Source of the DNA: Alphaproteobacteria bacterium
GTDB lineage: Bacteria > Pseudomonadota > Alphaproteobacteria > GCA-2731375
Direction: 5' to 3'
NCBI GenBank assembly: GCA_965232515.1
Contig: CBDDPY010000002.1
Span: 3,324,532 to 3,388,531 of the forward strand
DNA: 64,000 nt
The translations under genes were made by a program, and so were the position numbers. The notes beneath the pieces are model-generated. The model did not search any database, was not told the origin of the DNA, and saw only the letters and a list, made by a program, of their open reading frames with translations. This document shows positions 18,918-28,551 of this stretch, piece after piece. Within the stretch, counting starts at the first letter, position 1, and each line of letters begins with the position of its first letter.

Positions 18918-19330
18918 CGCGCTTCCGTCGACCGCACGCGGCCGGTCAGCCAGTCGATATCGATGTCGTAGCGTTCATCGCCGGCCTCCAGGCGCACCCG
19001 GCCGCCCGTCGAGCTGCCGTCGGGAAAGAACCGGATCGTATCCGTCTTTCGGTCAAGCGGTTCCAGGTTGGCATCGAACAGACGGAGCGTGATCTCGTCT
19101 GGCAGCGCGCGCGTGTCGGCGTCGAACCGGACCGTCGTTGCCCGGCGTCGGCCGGTTGCCTGCGCGCGGGCCTCCCGCAGTTCGGTGACCAAAGCCGCCG
19201 CCGTCGCCTTCAGCTCGGCCCCCGGCAGCAAGCGGCTGATCATCGGCGTCATCAGGGTGAGAACCGTGGCGACGATGGCGAGCACCACGAGCAGCTCGAT
19301 CAGCGTGAAGCCGCGCGGCCGTGCCCCCAT
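18914..19330 (-). CDS. minor pseudopilin, GspH-like
   Basis: MGARPRG|FTLIELLVVLAIVA prepilin motif. Start at 19330 chosen because it gives the short leader typical of pseudopilins; ORF-track start is 19363. Shares a CTAG stop tetramer with the convergent gspG. Confidence 0.65.
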   Translation of the reverse strand: MGARPRGFTLIELLVVLAIVATVLTLMTPMISRLLPGAELKATAAALVTELREARAQATGRRRATTVRFDADTRALPDEITLRLFDANLEPLDRKTDTIRFFPDGSSTGGRVRLEAGDERYDIDIDWLTGRVRSTEAR

Positions 19331-19334
19331 GCCG

Positions 19335-21023
19335 TCAGCCGAGCGTGACGCGCAGGACTTCATCCAGGCTGGTGGTGCCGGCGAGCGCCTTCGCGAGACC
19401 GTCGCGGTGGATCGTCGTCATCCCAGTCGCCACGGCCGCGGCCTCGATCTCCGTCGCCGGCGCTTGGCGCATGATCAACTGCCGGATTTGCTCGTCGACG
19501 GGCAGCACCTCGCCGATGGCGATACGGCCGCGATAGCCCGTGCCGTCGCAATGGTCGCAGCCGACCGGACGACAGAGCGTCGCATCGCCCGGCAGGTCGA
19601 GCTGGCCGATCAGTTCGGCGCCGGCCGGATGCGGCTCGCGGCAATGCGGACAGAGCCGTCGCACCAGGCGCTGCGAGACAATACCGTTCAGCGTCGCGGT
19701 CAGTAGGTAGTCGGCGAGGCCCATGTCGGTGAGGCGTGTCACTGTCGCGGCGGCGCTGTTGGTATGCACGGTCGACAACACCAGATGGCCGGTCAGTGCC
19801 GATTGTGCGGCGATCTGGGCGGTCTCGAGATCGCGGATCTCGCCGACCATGACGATGTCGGGATCGTGCCGCAGATAGGCCCGGAGCGCGGCGGCGAAAT
19901 CGAGATCGACGGCGCGGTCGACCTGGACCTGGGTGATGCCGTCGAGCTGGTACTCGACCGGGTCCTCGACGGTGACGATCTTGCGCTCGGGCGCGTTCAG
20001 GCGCTGCAACGAGGCGTAAAGCGTCGTCGTCTTGCCGCTGCCGGTCGGTCCGGTGACCAGGATGATGCCGTTCGGGCGTTGCAGCAGATCCAGATAGGTC
20101 TCGCGCCAGGCCGGCTCGAAGCCCATGGCGTCGAAATCGAGGTCGACGCCGCCGCCATCGAGGATGCGGATGACCACGCCCTCGCCGTGGATGCCGGGCA
20201 TGGTCGAGATCCTGAGATCGTATTCGCGGCCGCGCACGACGACGCGCGCCCGGCCGTCCTGTGGCCGGCGGCGCTCGGCATAGTTCAGCATCGACATGAT
20301 CTTGATGCGCGAGACGATGGCGGCCTGCAGGTCGGCAGGCGGCGAATCCTGCGTGCGCAGCACGCCGTCGATGCGGTAGCGCAGCCGCAGGCCGGCGTCC
20401 GACGGCTCGATGTGGATATCGGAGGCCCGCGCCTCGACGGCGCGGTCGAGCATGCGGTCGACGAGGCGGATGACCGGTGCCTCGTTCGCCCGGTCGCGCA
20501 GGCGTTCGGCATCGCGGCCGACCACCGTCACGCCTGTCGGCCGGGCCGCGCCGCCGTCGTCGCCGCCATAGACCCGCTCGATCGCCGCATCGATCTCGCC
20601 GGGAATGGCGACGCAGGGGATTACCGGCTTGCCGGCCATGACCTCGATCGCCCGCATCGCCTCGCGGTTCAGCGGGTCAGCCATGGCGACGACCACGGCA
20701 TCGTCCTTCTCCGCCAGCGGCAACAGACGCTCGCGCTGCAGGAACCGCTTGCTGGTGCGGCCGGCCAGCACCGGCGTTTCGGGGAAGGACACGGCGGCGA
20801 CCAGGTCCAGCCCCAGAACGTCGCTCAAGCCCTTGGCGACATCATGTTCCGACGCCAGACCCAGGCTGGTCAGCACCGCGCCGAAGGATAGGCCATGGTC
20901 GGGCGACCGCAGCGCCCGTTCGAAACCGGCTGGCGTCAGAACGCCGGAAGCGATGAGTCGTTTGCCAAGCGCGGCCGAGACGTCATCATCGTCGTTGACC
21001 GCCCCAGGCGCCTGCTCGCTCAT
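19335..21023 (-). CDS. gspE: type II secretion system ATPase GspE (PulE family)
   Basis: Walker A GPTGSGKTTT, Asp and His boxes, a tetracysteine motif (CPHC...CDHC) and an N-terminal GspE_N domain. Confidence 0.9.
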   Translation of the reverse strand: MSEQAPGAVNDDDDVSAALGKRLIASGVLTPAGFERALRSPDHGLSFGAVLTSLGLASEHDVAKGLSDVLGLDLVAAVSFPETPVLAGRTSKRFLQRERLLPLAEKDDAVVVAMADPLNREAMRAIEVMAGKPVIPCVAIPGEIDAAIERVYGGDDGGAARPTGVTVVGRDAERLRDRANEAPVIRLVDRMLDRAVEARASDIHIEPSDAGLRLRYRIDGVLRTQDSPPADLQAAIVSRIKIMSMLNYAERRRPQDGRARVVVRGREYDLRISTMPGIHGEGVVIRILDGGGVDLDFDAMGFEPAWRETYLDLLQRPNGIILVTGPTGSGKTTTLYASLQRLNAPERKIVTVEDPVEYQLDGITQVQVDRAVDLDFAAALRAYLRHDPDIVMVGEIRDLETAQIAAQSALTGHLVLSTVHTNSAAATVTRLTDMGLADYLLTATLNGIVSQRLVRRLCPHCREPHPAGAELIGQLDLPGDATLCRPVGCDHCDGTGYRGRIAIGEVLPVDEQIRQLIMRQAPATEIEAAAVATGMTTIHRDGLAKALAGTTSLDEVLRVTLG

Positions 21024-21160
21024 GTTCCGGTTCCGTGCGGCATCGGCGCATGGTGCCAGAAGGGCAGCGGCGGCGCCAGCCGACGGCGGCAGGGGCAGCG
21101 GTGTTGTGAAATTATGTATTATGATACAATTCTCACAATGCGTAATTTCGGAGAAGACTC

Positions 21161-22411
21161 ATGACGGCCGACAGCGCGGCGCGTGACTCCAGCGCCAAAG
21201 ACGATCGCGGTCTGGCGGAAAGCTTCGATCTCCGCCGGCTGGATCGGACATTTCTGGACGACCCCTACCCCACCTATCACGCGCTGCGTCGCCACGATCC
21301 CGTGCGGCGGCTGGCGGACGGGTCCTACTTTCTGACCCGGTATGACGACATCGTCTCGGTCTACCGCGATCCGGTGTTGTTCAGCTCGGACAAGAAGGTC
21401 GATTTCAAGCCCAATCTCGGCGACAGCCTGCTCTACGAGCACCACACCACCAGCCTGGTGTTCAACGACCCGCCCTACCACACGCGGGTGCGCAAGCTGC
21501 TGGCCCCGGCGTTTACGCCGCGGGCGCTGCGGGCGCTGCAAACCCGGGTTGAGGCGCAGGTCGACCATCTGCTGGACCGGGCCGAGGATAGCGGCCGTAT
21601 GGATCTGATCGCCGATCTCGCCTCGGCCCTGCCCGTGCAGCTGATCGGCGACATGCTGGGCGTCCCGCAGGACGAACGCGACCCGCTGCGCGGCTGGTCG
21701 CTGGCCATCCTCGGCGCGCTCGAGCCGGTGCTCACCAAGGAACAGTTCGACACAGGCTGCACAGCCGTGGCCGACTTCAAGGACTATCTGCGCGGGCTGA
21801 TCGCCGACCGAAAGAAACACGCCGGCGCGCACGACGACGGCGAGATCCTGAGCAAGCTGATCGCCGCCGAGGAAGACGGCGAGACGCTGACCGAGCTGGA
21901 GCTGTTGCACAACTGCATCTTCCTGCTGAACGCCGGCCACGAGACCACCACCAACCTGATCGGCAACGGCGTCGAGGCGCTGTTCCGCTTTCCCGACGAG
22001 ATGGCGCGCCTGCGCCGCGAACCCGACCTCATCAAGTCGGCGGTGGAGGAATTCCTGCGTTTCGAGAGCTCGAACCAGCTCGGCAACCGGCGGCTGACCC
22101 AAAACGCGGAGGTTGGCGGCGTCGCCATGGAGGCCGGCACCTATATCCATGTCTGCATCGGCGCGGCGAACCGCGACCCGTCGCAGTTTTCGGACCCCGA
22201 TCGGCTCGACATCACCCGCAGCCCGAACCGGCACCTCGCTTTCGGCTCGGGCATCCATGCCTGCGCCGGCATGTCGCTCGCCCGCATGGAAGGCCAGGTC
22301 GCCATCGGAAAGCTGTTGCGGCGCTTTCCGAACCTGCGCCCCGACGGCGCGCCGGTACGCGGCGGCCGCGCTCGTTTCCGCGGTTTCCTGTCGCTGCCCG
22401 TCGCGCTCTAA
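21161..22411 (+). CDS. cytochrome P450
   Basis: FGSGIHACAG heme-thiolate loop, ExxR and an AGHETT I-helix motif. 416 aa. Confidence 0.9.
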   Translation: MTADSAARDSSAKDDRGLAESFDLRRLDRTFLDDPYPTYHALRRHDPVRRLADGSYFLTRYDDIVSVYRDPVLFSSDKKVDFKPNLGDSLLYEHHTTSLVFNDPPYHTRVRKLLAPAFTPRALRALQTRVEAQVDHLLDRAEDSGRMDLIADLASALPVQLIGDMLGVPQDERDPLRGWSLAILGALEPVLTKEQFDTGCTAVADFKDYLRGLIADRKKHAGAHDDGEILSKLIAAEEDGETLTELELLHNCIFLLNAGHETTTNLIGNGVEALFRFPDEMARLRREPDLIKSAVEEFLRFESSNQLGNRRLTQNAEVGGVAMEAGTYIHVCIGAANRDPSQFSDPDRLDITRSPNRHLAFGSGIHACAGMSLARMEGQVAIGKLLRRFPNLRPDGAPVRGGRARFRGFLSLPVAL

Positions 22412-22437
22412 TACGTCTTCTGAGTGGGGAAGATGCA

Positions 22438-23862
22438 ATGAACAGCGACGAGTTTCGCCGCCACGGCCACGCCTTCGTGGACTGGATGGCGGATTACTTG
22501 GACAACGTCGAACAATATCCGGTGAAGGCGCAGGTGGCGCCGGGCGACATCGCGACGCAGCTGCCGACGAGCCCGCCCGAGCAGCCCGAGGACATGGCCA
22601 AAATCTTCCGCGATTTCGAGCGCATCATCGTGCCCGGCCTGACGCACTGGCAACACCCGAGCTTCTTCGCCTATTTCCCGGCCAACAACAGTCGGCCGTC
22701 GGTGCTGGCCGAGATGTTGACGGCGGCGCTCGGCACGCAGGGCATGATCTGGGAGACCTCGCCCGCCGCGACCGAGCTGGAAACCCGGGTCATGGACTGG
22801 CTGCGCCAGATCCTCGGGCTCGGCGACGGCTGGACCGGCGTCATCCAGGACACGGCATCCACCGCGATCCTCTGCGCCATCCTGACCGCGCGCGAGCAGG
22901 CGACCGACTACGGCATCAACGAGCACGGCTTTCGCGCCGAGGACCGGCTGACGGCCTATTGCTCGGGCGAAACCCATTCGGCGACCGAAAAGAACGCCAA
23001 GATCGCCGGTTTCGGCCGCGAGAACGTGCGCAAGATCGCCGTCGACGACCAGTTCGCCATCATCCCCGCCGAGCTGGAGAAGGCGATCGAGGCCGACAAA
23101 GCCGAAGGCTGCCGGCCGACGATTGTCGTCGCCAGCCTGGGCACGACCGGCGCCGGCGGCTTCGATCCGCTGCGGCCGATCGGCGAGATCTGCCGTCGGC
23201 ACAGTGTCTGGCTGCATGTCGACGCGGCCTGGGCCGGCAGCGCGTTGGTGCTGCCCGAGCAGCGCTGGATGATCGACGGCATCGAGCATGTCGACAGCTT
23301 CGTCTTCAACCCGCACAAATGGCTGTTCACCAACTTCGACTGCTCGGCCTATTTCGTGCGCGACCCGGACGCGCTGATCCGCACCTTCTCGATCCTGCCG
23401 GAATTCCTGAAGCACGCCGAGCATGGCCGCGCCATCGACTACCGCGACTGGCACGTGCAGCTCGGTCGTCGCTTCCGGGCGCTGAAGCTCTGGTTCGTGC
23501 TGCGCAACTTTGGTGTTTCCGGCTTGCGCGAACGCGTGGCCGCGCACATCGCGCTCGCTCAGGAGCTGGCCGGCCAGATGGCCGCCGAACCCGACTTCGA
23601 GATCCTGGCGCCCGCCCGGCTCGCCCTCTTCTGCTTCCGCTACCGTCCCGCCGACGTCGATGACGAGGCCGAGATCGAACGCCTGAACAAGCAGCTCCTG
23701 CAGGCGCTCAACGAGTCCGGCGCCCTCTACCTGACCCAGGCCATCGTCGCCGGCAAATACGCCATCCGCTTCTCCATCGGCCAGACCGAAACGCAACGCC
23801 ACCACGTCCAGGCCGCCTGGCACCGCATCCGCGACACCGCGCGGTCGCTGACCAACACGTGA
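22438..23862 (+). CDS. PLP-dependent aromatic-L-amino-acid decarboxylase (group II decarboxylase)
   Basis: DDC/TDC family: the NPHKW motif places the PLP lysine, and the N-terminus HAFVDWMADYL is typical of the family. 474 aa. Confidence 0.85.
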   Translation: MNSDEFRRHGHAFVDWMADYLDNVEQYPVKAQVAPGDIATQLPTSPPEQPEDMAKIFRDFERIIVPGLTHWQHPSFFAYFPANNSRPSVLAEMLTAALGTQGMIWETSPAATELETRVMDWLRQILGLGDGWTGVIQDTASTAILCAILTAREQATDYGINEHGFRAEDRLTAYCSGETHSATEKNAKIAGFGRENVRKIAVDDQFAIIPAELEKAIEADKAEGCRPTIVVASLGTTGAGGFDPLRPIGEICRRHSVWLHVDAAWAGSALVLPEQRWMIDGIEHVDSFVFNPHKWLFTNFDCSAYFVRDPDALIRTFSILPEFLKHAEHGRAIDYRDWHVQLGRRFRALKLWFVLRNFGVSGLRERVAAHIALAQELAGQMAAEPDFEILAPARLALFCFRYRPADVDDEAEIERLNKQLLQALNESGALYLTQAIVAGKYAIRFSIGQTETQRHHVQAAWHRIRDTARSLTNT

Positions 23863-23947
23863 GTGCTTGGACAAGCGGCGGCCGGATGCGGCATGCTGAG
23901 GCCGGTCACGAACCGGTCCAAAACGCAACGTGTGGGAGGTCGTCTGT

Positions 23948-24832
23948 ATGAGCGGCTGGCTGGAAACCTATCGCGGCATCGTCAATGCCTGGGAGTGCGA
24001 CGTCGTCGAGCACTTTACCGTCGCCTACTACTACGACCGCTTCAGCGACGCGACGTTGAACATGTTGGCGGGTGTCGGCCTGGGCCAGGACTACATGGCC
24101 GAGACGCGCCATGCGCTGGCGACCGTCGACTGCTACACGCGCTATCTCGCCGAGCTGCGCGCCGGCGACATCCTGCATATCGAGAGCGGCGTCATCGACG
24201 CCGACGACAAGGGCGTCAGGCTCGGCCATAAAGTGATCAATTCGGCGAGCGGCGAGGTCGCGGCGACGCTCGAGCAGCGCCTGCTGCATTTCCATCTCGA
24301 CGACCGCAAGGCTTTGCCGTTCCCGGCCGAGCTGCAGGAACGGGCGCTCGCCGGCCGCATCGACTGGGACGGCGAGGCGCGCGAGGAACGCGCGGCGCCG
24401 GCCGACGACAGCGCCTTTATCGACACCGTGCGCGACACGGTGAAGCCCTGGGAGATCGACGTGCTGGGCCATATGGGCTTTCAGTTCTACGTGCACCGCT
24501 TCTCGGCCGCGACGCCGCAGGCGATCAGCGCCTTCGGCATGACGCCGGCCTATATGCAGGAGAACCGCATCGGCTTCTCGACCTTCGAGTTCCAGCTCCG
24601 GTTTCTACGCGAGCTCCAGGCCGGCGACAGGGTGCATATACGCTCGGCCGTCATGCATGTCGGCGGCTCGTCCATGCGGGTGCTGAACCGCATGTACAAC
24701 GCCAGCACCGGCGAACTTGCGGCCGAGCTGAGCCAGTTCGGCGTGCATCTCGACATGGCGGCGCGCCGGCCGAAACCGCTGCCGGACGAGATCCGCGCGC
24801 GTGGACAGGCCATGATGGCGGCAACGGCATGA
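23948..24832 (+). CDS. tandem hotdog-fold acyl-CoA thioesterase (two 4HBT-like domains)
   Basis: Two repeated halves of about 140 aa each with 4HBT/YbgC-like motifs. GGGAGG Shine-Dalgarno 8 nt upstream of the ATG at 23948; ORF-track start is 23930. Confidence 0.6.
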   Translation: MSGWLETYRGIVNAWECDVVEHFTVAYYYDRFSDATLNMLAGVGLGQDYMAETRHALATVDCYTRYLAELRAGDILHIESGVIDADDKGVRLGHKVINSASGEVAATLEQRLLHFHLDDRKALPFPAELQERALAGRIDWDGEAREERAAPADDSAFIDTVRDTVKPWEIDVLGHMGFQFYVHRFSAATPQAISAFGMTPAYMQENRIGFSTFEFQLRFLRELQAGDRVHIRSAVMHVGGSSMRVLNRMYNASTGELAAELSQFGVHLDMAARRPKPLPDEIRARGQAMMAATA

Positions 24833-25674
24833 GCGGCGGCACCGTCGATCCGCTGCCGGCCGTCGCGGAAACGGACGCGACCGGCGAAACCGCCGCGCTC
24901 TACGACGATATCCGCGCGACGCTGGGCGTGCCTGTCGTCAACCTGGTCTGGCGGCATCTCGCCACCTTCCCCGGCGCGCTTCCCTGGTGCTGGGAGGCGC
25001 TGAAGCCGGTCTACGAGTCGGGCGCCGTGTCGGTCGCCGCCGACGGCCTGAAAGACAGCCTCGACCTCCCGGTCATCCCGCCGATCCCGACAGCAACCTT
25101 GCGCGCGGCCGGCGTCGACGCCGACGGCGAAGCGCAGATCCGCACCGTGCTGGCGAGCTACAACCGCAGCAACGCCATGAACCTGATCGCGCTGACGGCG
25201 CTGGTCATGGCGTTGAAGGACGAACCGGCCATGGGCCCATCGCCGACCGCACAACCGGCCGACGACGGCGTCGCCGGCAGCCTGCCGCCGCTCATGTCGC
25301 TCGCCGACATGCCGGAGCACGTCGCGGCGTTGGTTGAAGACCTGAACCGCCTCGGCGACCGCGAGGACGGCCGCGTCATGGCCACCATGTACCGCCACCT
25401 CGCCCACTGGCCCGGCTTCCTCGCCATGCTCTGGGCGCTGTTTGCGCCGATGGCCGCGAGCGGGCGTCTCGAGCTCGCCATCGACGGCACGTTTGACGCC
25501 GCCCGGCAACGCGCCGCCTGGATGCTGGCCGGCATCGGCAAACCCGACGCCGACCTCGACGCTGACGTCCGCAGCCAAGTTCAAGCTACCCTCACCCGCT
25601 TCACCGACAACCTGATCGGCAAGATGGTCCCTATCGGTCTGATGCTTGACCGCGCAATGCCCGGCGGCGAGTAG
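24829..25674 (+). CDS. DehI-like protein (group I alpha-haloacid dehalogenase family fold)
   Basis: N-terminal LYDDIRATLGVPVVN...FPGALPWCWEALKP resembles the conserved DehI/DL-DEX N-terminal signature. The family shows an internal pseudo-repeat. ATGA overlap with the thioesterase gene. Confidence 0.45.
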   Translation: MSGGTVDPLPAVAETDATGETAALYDDIRATLGVPVVNLVWRHLATFPGALPWCWEALKPVYESGAVSVAADGLKDSLDLPVIPPIPTATLRAAGVDADGEAQIRTVLASYNRSNAMNLIALTALVMALKDEPAMGPSPTAQPADDGVAGSLPPLMSLADMPEHVAALVEDLNRLGDREDGRVMATMYRHLAHWPGFLAMLWALFAPMAASGRLELAIDGTFDAARQRAAWMLAGIGKPDADLDADVRSQVQATLTRFTDNLIGKMVPIGLMLDRAMPGGE

Positions 25675-25743
25675 CTTCGAAGTTCAAAACCGAGAACCGG
25701 TCGCCATGCTTCGAGACGCGCCCTGACGGGCGTTCCTCAGCAT

Positions 25744-26920
25744 GGAGACCTTTGCACGGTTTTGGGAAGCGTGATTCACTGACGGTATAGGGGCTGTCGG
25801 TGAGGGTTTGAGATGTCTCGCAAGCGTGTTGGTCAGCTGGGGTTTGAGGACGCGGTTGTCGAGGCGCGGCTTGGCGCTCGGTTCGATCGGCTGTCGAAGA
25901 TCAATGATCTTGTGGACTGGCGGCCGTTTGAGGCGCTGCTGGAGGGGCTTTATCCGTCGCGTCGGGGCGAGCCGTCTTATCCGGCGCTGATCATGTTCAA
26001 GGTGCTGCTGTTGCAGCGCTGGTACAATCTGTCGGATCCGATGATGGAGGAGGCGTTGGCGGACCGGATCTCGTTCCGTCGGTTTGTCGGTCTGAGCCTG
26101 AGCGATCCGGTTCCCGATCACTCGACGATCCACCGTTTCCGGGACCGTCTACGCGGGGCGGCGCGTCTTGAGGCGCTGATGGGGGAGTTGTCGCGTCAGC
26201 TCGAAGCGCACCAGGTCGTGCTCAAACAAGGCACGTTGATTGATGCCAGCCTGGTGAGCAGCGCGGCGCGGCGGCCTCGGATCAAGGAAGGCCGGACCAG
26301 CCGGACCGATCCGGATGCGCGCTTTGGCACCAACAACGAGCGCCGGCGCTATAGCTTTGGCTACAAGCTGCATGTGGCCGTGGATCAGGGCTCGGCGCTG
26401 ATCCGCGGCCTGTTTCTGACGCCGGCCAATCGCCAGGAGATCGACTTTGCCGCCGATTTGGTTCAGGGCGACGAGCAGGCCGTCTATGCCGACCGTGGTT
26501 ATGACGCCCGGCGCCTGCGCGATCATCTGGCGGCGCTCGGCATCGCCGACGGGGTCATGCGCCATGCCCGTAAAGGCAGGCCGCTCAACGCCGAAGAGAC
26601 CGCCCGGAACCACCGGCTGGTGGCCCGGCGCCGACCGGTCGAGAAGATCTTCGGCACCCTCAAACGAAGCTACCGCCTCAGCCGCCTGCCGCATTTCAGC
26701 CAAGCACGCAACGAAGTCACCGTCACGCTCGCCTGTTTCGCCTACAACCTGCGACGCCTCGCCGTCCTCTGCGCAACTTGAGGCCGCTCGATATCGACCT
26801 CATCGACAGCAAACAGGCCTCAAGCCGGTCAGCGGCTCGAAAACAGGCGCGATCGCCGCTAACAACCCAGCGCCAAGCTCGAACATAGCGACAAACAACA
26901 CCTACCGTGCAAAGGTCTCC
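25744..26920. mobile_element. complete IS5-family insertion sequence (about 1.18 kb)
   Basis: Single DDE transposase ORF flanked by perfect 17-bp terminal inverted repeats GGAGACCTTTGCACGGT (25744-25760) and ACCGTGCAAAGGTCTCC (26904-26920). Flanking AGCAT(G) direct repeat suggests a target-site duplication. Confidence 0.85.
25813..26781 (+). CDS. IS5-family DDE transposase
   Basis: 322 aa with N-terminal HTH and a DDE_Tnp_1 domain, matching the IS5 subgroup. Confidence 0.9.
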   Translation: MSRKRVGQLGFEDAVVEARLGARFDRLSKINDLVDWRPFEALLEGLYPSRRGEPSYPALIMFKVLLLQRWYNLSDPMMEEALADRISFRRFVGLSLSDPVPDHSTIHRFRDRLRGAARLEALMGELSRQLEAHQVVLKQGTLIDASLVSSAARRPRIKEGRTSRTDPDARFGTNNERRRYSFGYKLHVAVDQGSALIRGLFLTPANRQEIDFAADLVQGDEQAVYADRGYDARRLRDHLAALGIADGVMRHARKGRPLNAEETARNHRLVARRRPVEKIFGTLKRSYRLSRLPHFSQARNEVTVTLACFAYNLRRLAVLCAT

Positions 26921-27027
26921 AGCATGAGGTCGTGCCTCCATATCAAACACAAACCTCACCCTGAGGTGCGGAGCGAAGCGAAGCCTCGAAGGGTCGGCTA
27001 TCAGGCTCCGGTCGACGTAGTCTGTAA

Positions 27028-28521
27028 TCAATGCGGCGGGGCGCCGTAGCGGTGGAGGTGGTAGGGCTGCTTGGCGAGGCCCGGGCAGAACGAGCCGACG
27101 ATGCTCTCGAGGCGGTCGTAGAGCGCCTTGTTGGGCGCGTTGACGGCGGCGAGGCGTTCGTGGGCGCGTTCGGCGTCGGTGGCGATCTTGGCCAAATCGA
27201 TGCCGGCGATGCGGCGGTTCTCGACCACCATGCGGCCGCCGATCATCACGCTGTGCACCGATGAGCCGTCCTCGGTGTGGACGAGCTGGTTCACCGGATC
27301 GTTGACCGGGATCCAGTTGATCGCCGTCAGATCCAGGAACACGATGTCGGCCTTGTAGCCCGGCGCGATGCGGCCGATCTTGTCCAAGCCGAGCGCGCGG
27401 GCGCTGCCTTCGGTCGCCGCCGTGACGATCTCCTCTGGCTTGAGCCAGCGCTGCCAGTCCGGCCCGCGCACGTGGCTGACGTAAGAGGCGACGCGCATCG
27501 ACTCGTACATATTCTGGTGGTCGCAGCAATTGGCGCCGTCCGTGCCGATGCCGAGATTGACGCCGAGCTCGAGCATGCGGCGGGCGTCGGCGATGCCGTT
27601 GCCGAGCAGCGCGTTGCTGCCGGGATTGTGCGAGACCGAGCCGCCGCGGTCGCCGAGCCGCTTCATATCGTCGTCGTCGAGCCAGACGCCGTGTGCCACG
27701 ACGAAATCGGGGCCCAGCAGACCGAGGTCGTCGATATGCGCGGTCAGGGTCTTGCCATAGACCTTCATGCCGCTGACCGCCTGCACCTTCGATTCCGAGA
27801 CGTGGCTGTGCAGCCCCAACCCGTGCTCGCGGGCGAGATCGCGGCAGCCGATCATGAAGTCGTCGGAACAGTGCAGCGGGATCGTCGGCGCCACGCCCGG
27901 CCGAAGCTGTTCGCGGTCGTGCGGCCAGGACTCGACGATCTCGCGCATGGCCGCAAGCGTCGTTTCGTGCGCGGGCAGCCTGAGGCGCTCGACGTCGGCC
28001 TGCAACGCGTCTGGCAGCGCGCCCATCAACCCCGGTATGGCCTCGAAGAAGCTGCTGTCGGCGACCATCGGCGCGACCACGGCGCGCATGCCGACATCGG
28101 CATAGGCCTTGGTGACGGCGCCGACGCCGTCGGTCGTCGGGATCGGCAGCTCGATCATCAGGTCGTAGCAGGCGGTGCAGCCCTTGAGTAGCATCTCGCA
28201 GGCGCCAATCAGGGTCGAAAGATACTTCTCCTCGGTCTCGCGGCCGCCGCTGATCCAAGGTCCCGCCGTCAGCAGCAGTTCCAGCGTCCAGCGCTCGCCC
28301 GTGCCTTTCGCCAGGTTGCCGTGGCTGTGCGTGTGGCCGTTGATCAGGCCCGGATGCATCAGTCGGCCGGCCGCGTCGATGGTCTCGGCCGCTTCGGGCG
28401 CGGCCATGCCGGGCGCCCCGATTTCCAGGATCGTGTCGCCGTCGATCAGGATGTCGCGGTGCGGCGCGGCGTGCGCCGCTACGTCGAGCAGCCGGCCGCC
28501 GCGAATGATTTTCATAGCCAT
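27028..28521 (-). CDS. amidohydrolase-superfamily deaminase/chlorohydrolase-like enzyme
   Basis: HTHSH metal-binding motif near the N-terminus and downstream His/Asp ligands, resembling the cytosine/guanine deaminase / AtzA-TrzA subfamily. 497 aa. Confidence 0.8.
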   Translation of the reverse strand: MAMKIIRGGRLLDVAAHAAPHRDILIDGDTILEIGAPGMAAPEAAETIDAAGRLMHPGLINGHTHSHGNLAKGTGERWTLELLLTAGPWISGGRETEEKYLSTLIGACEMLLKGCTACYDLMIELPIPTTDGVGAVTKAYADVGMRAVVAPMVADSSFFEAIPGLMGALPDALQADVERLRLPAHETTLAAMREIVESWPHDREQLRPGVAPTIPLHCSDDFMIGCRDLAREHGLGLHSHVSESKVQAVSGMKVYGKTLTAHIDDLGLLGPDFVVAHGVWLDDDDMKRLGDRGGSVSHNPGSNALLGNGIADARRMLELGVNLGIGTDGANCCDHQNMYESMRVASYVSHVRGPDWQRWLKPEEIVTAATEGSARALGLDKIGRIAPGYKADIVFLDLTAINWIPVNDPVNQLVHTEDGSSVHSVMIGGRMVVENRRIAGIDLAKIATDAERAHERLAAVNAPNKALYDRLESIVGSFCPGLAKQPYHLHRYGAPPH

Positions 28522-28551
28522 GATCTCAAGCTCCTTCGAAAGCCGCCCGCG

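Noticed and set aside
21121-21128. A third ATGATACA PaaX-box half-site upstream of the P450
   Set aside because: No partner GGTATCAT half-site lies 25 bp away on either side. A single octamer in AT-rich DNA is probably coincidental.
21119-23928. Long minus-strand ORFs (439 and 506 aa) antisense to the P450 and decarboxylase genes
   Set aside because: No motifs. The opposite-strand genes have unambiguous family signatures.
26149-26703. 184-aa ORF antisense within the IS5 transposase
   Set aside because: IS5 elements encode a single transposase; the antisense frame lacks features.
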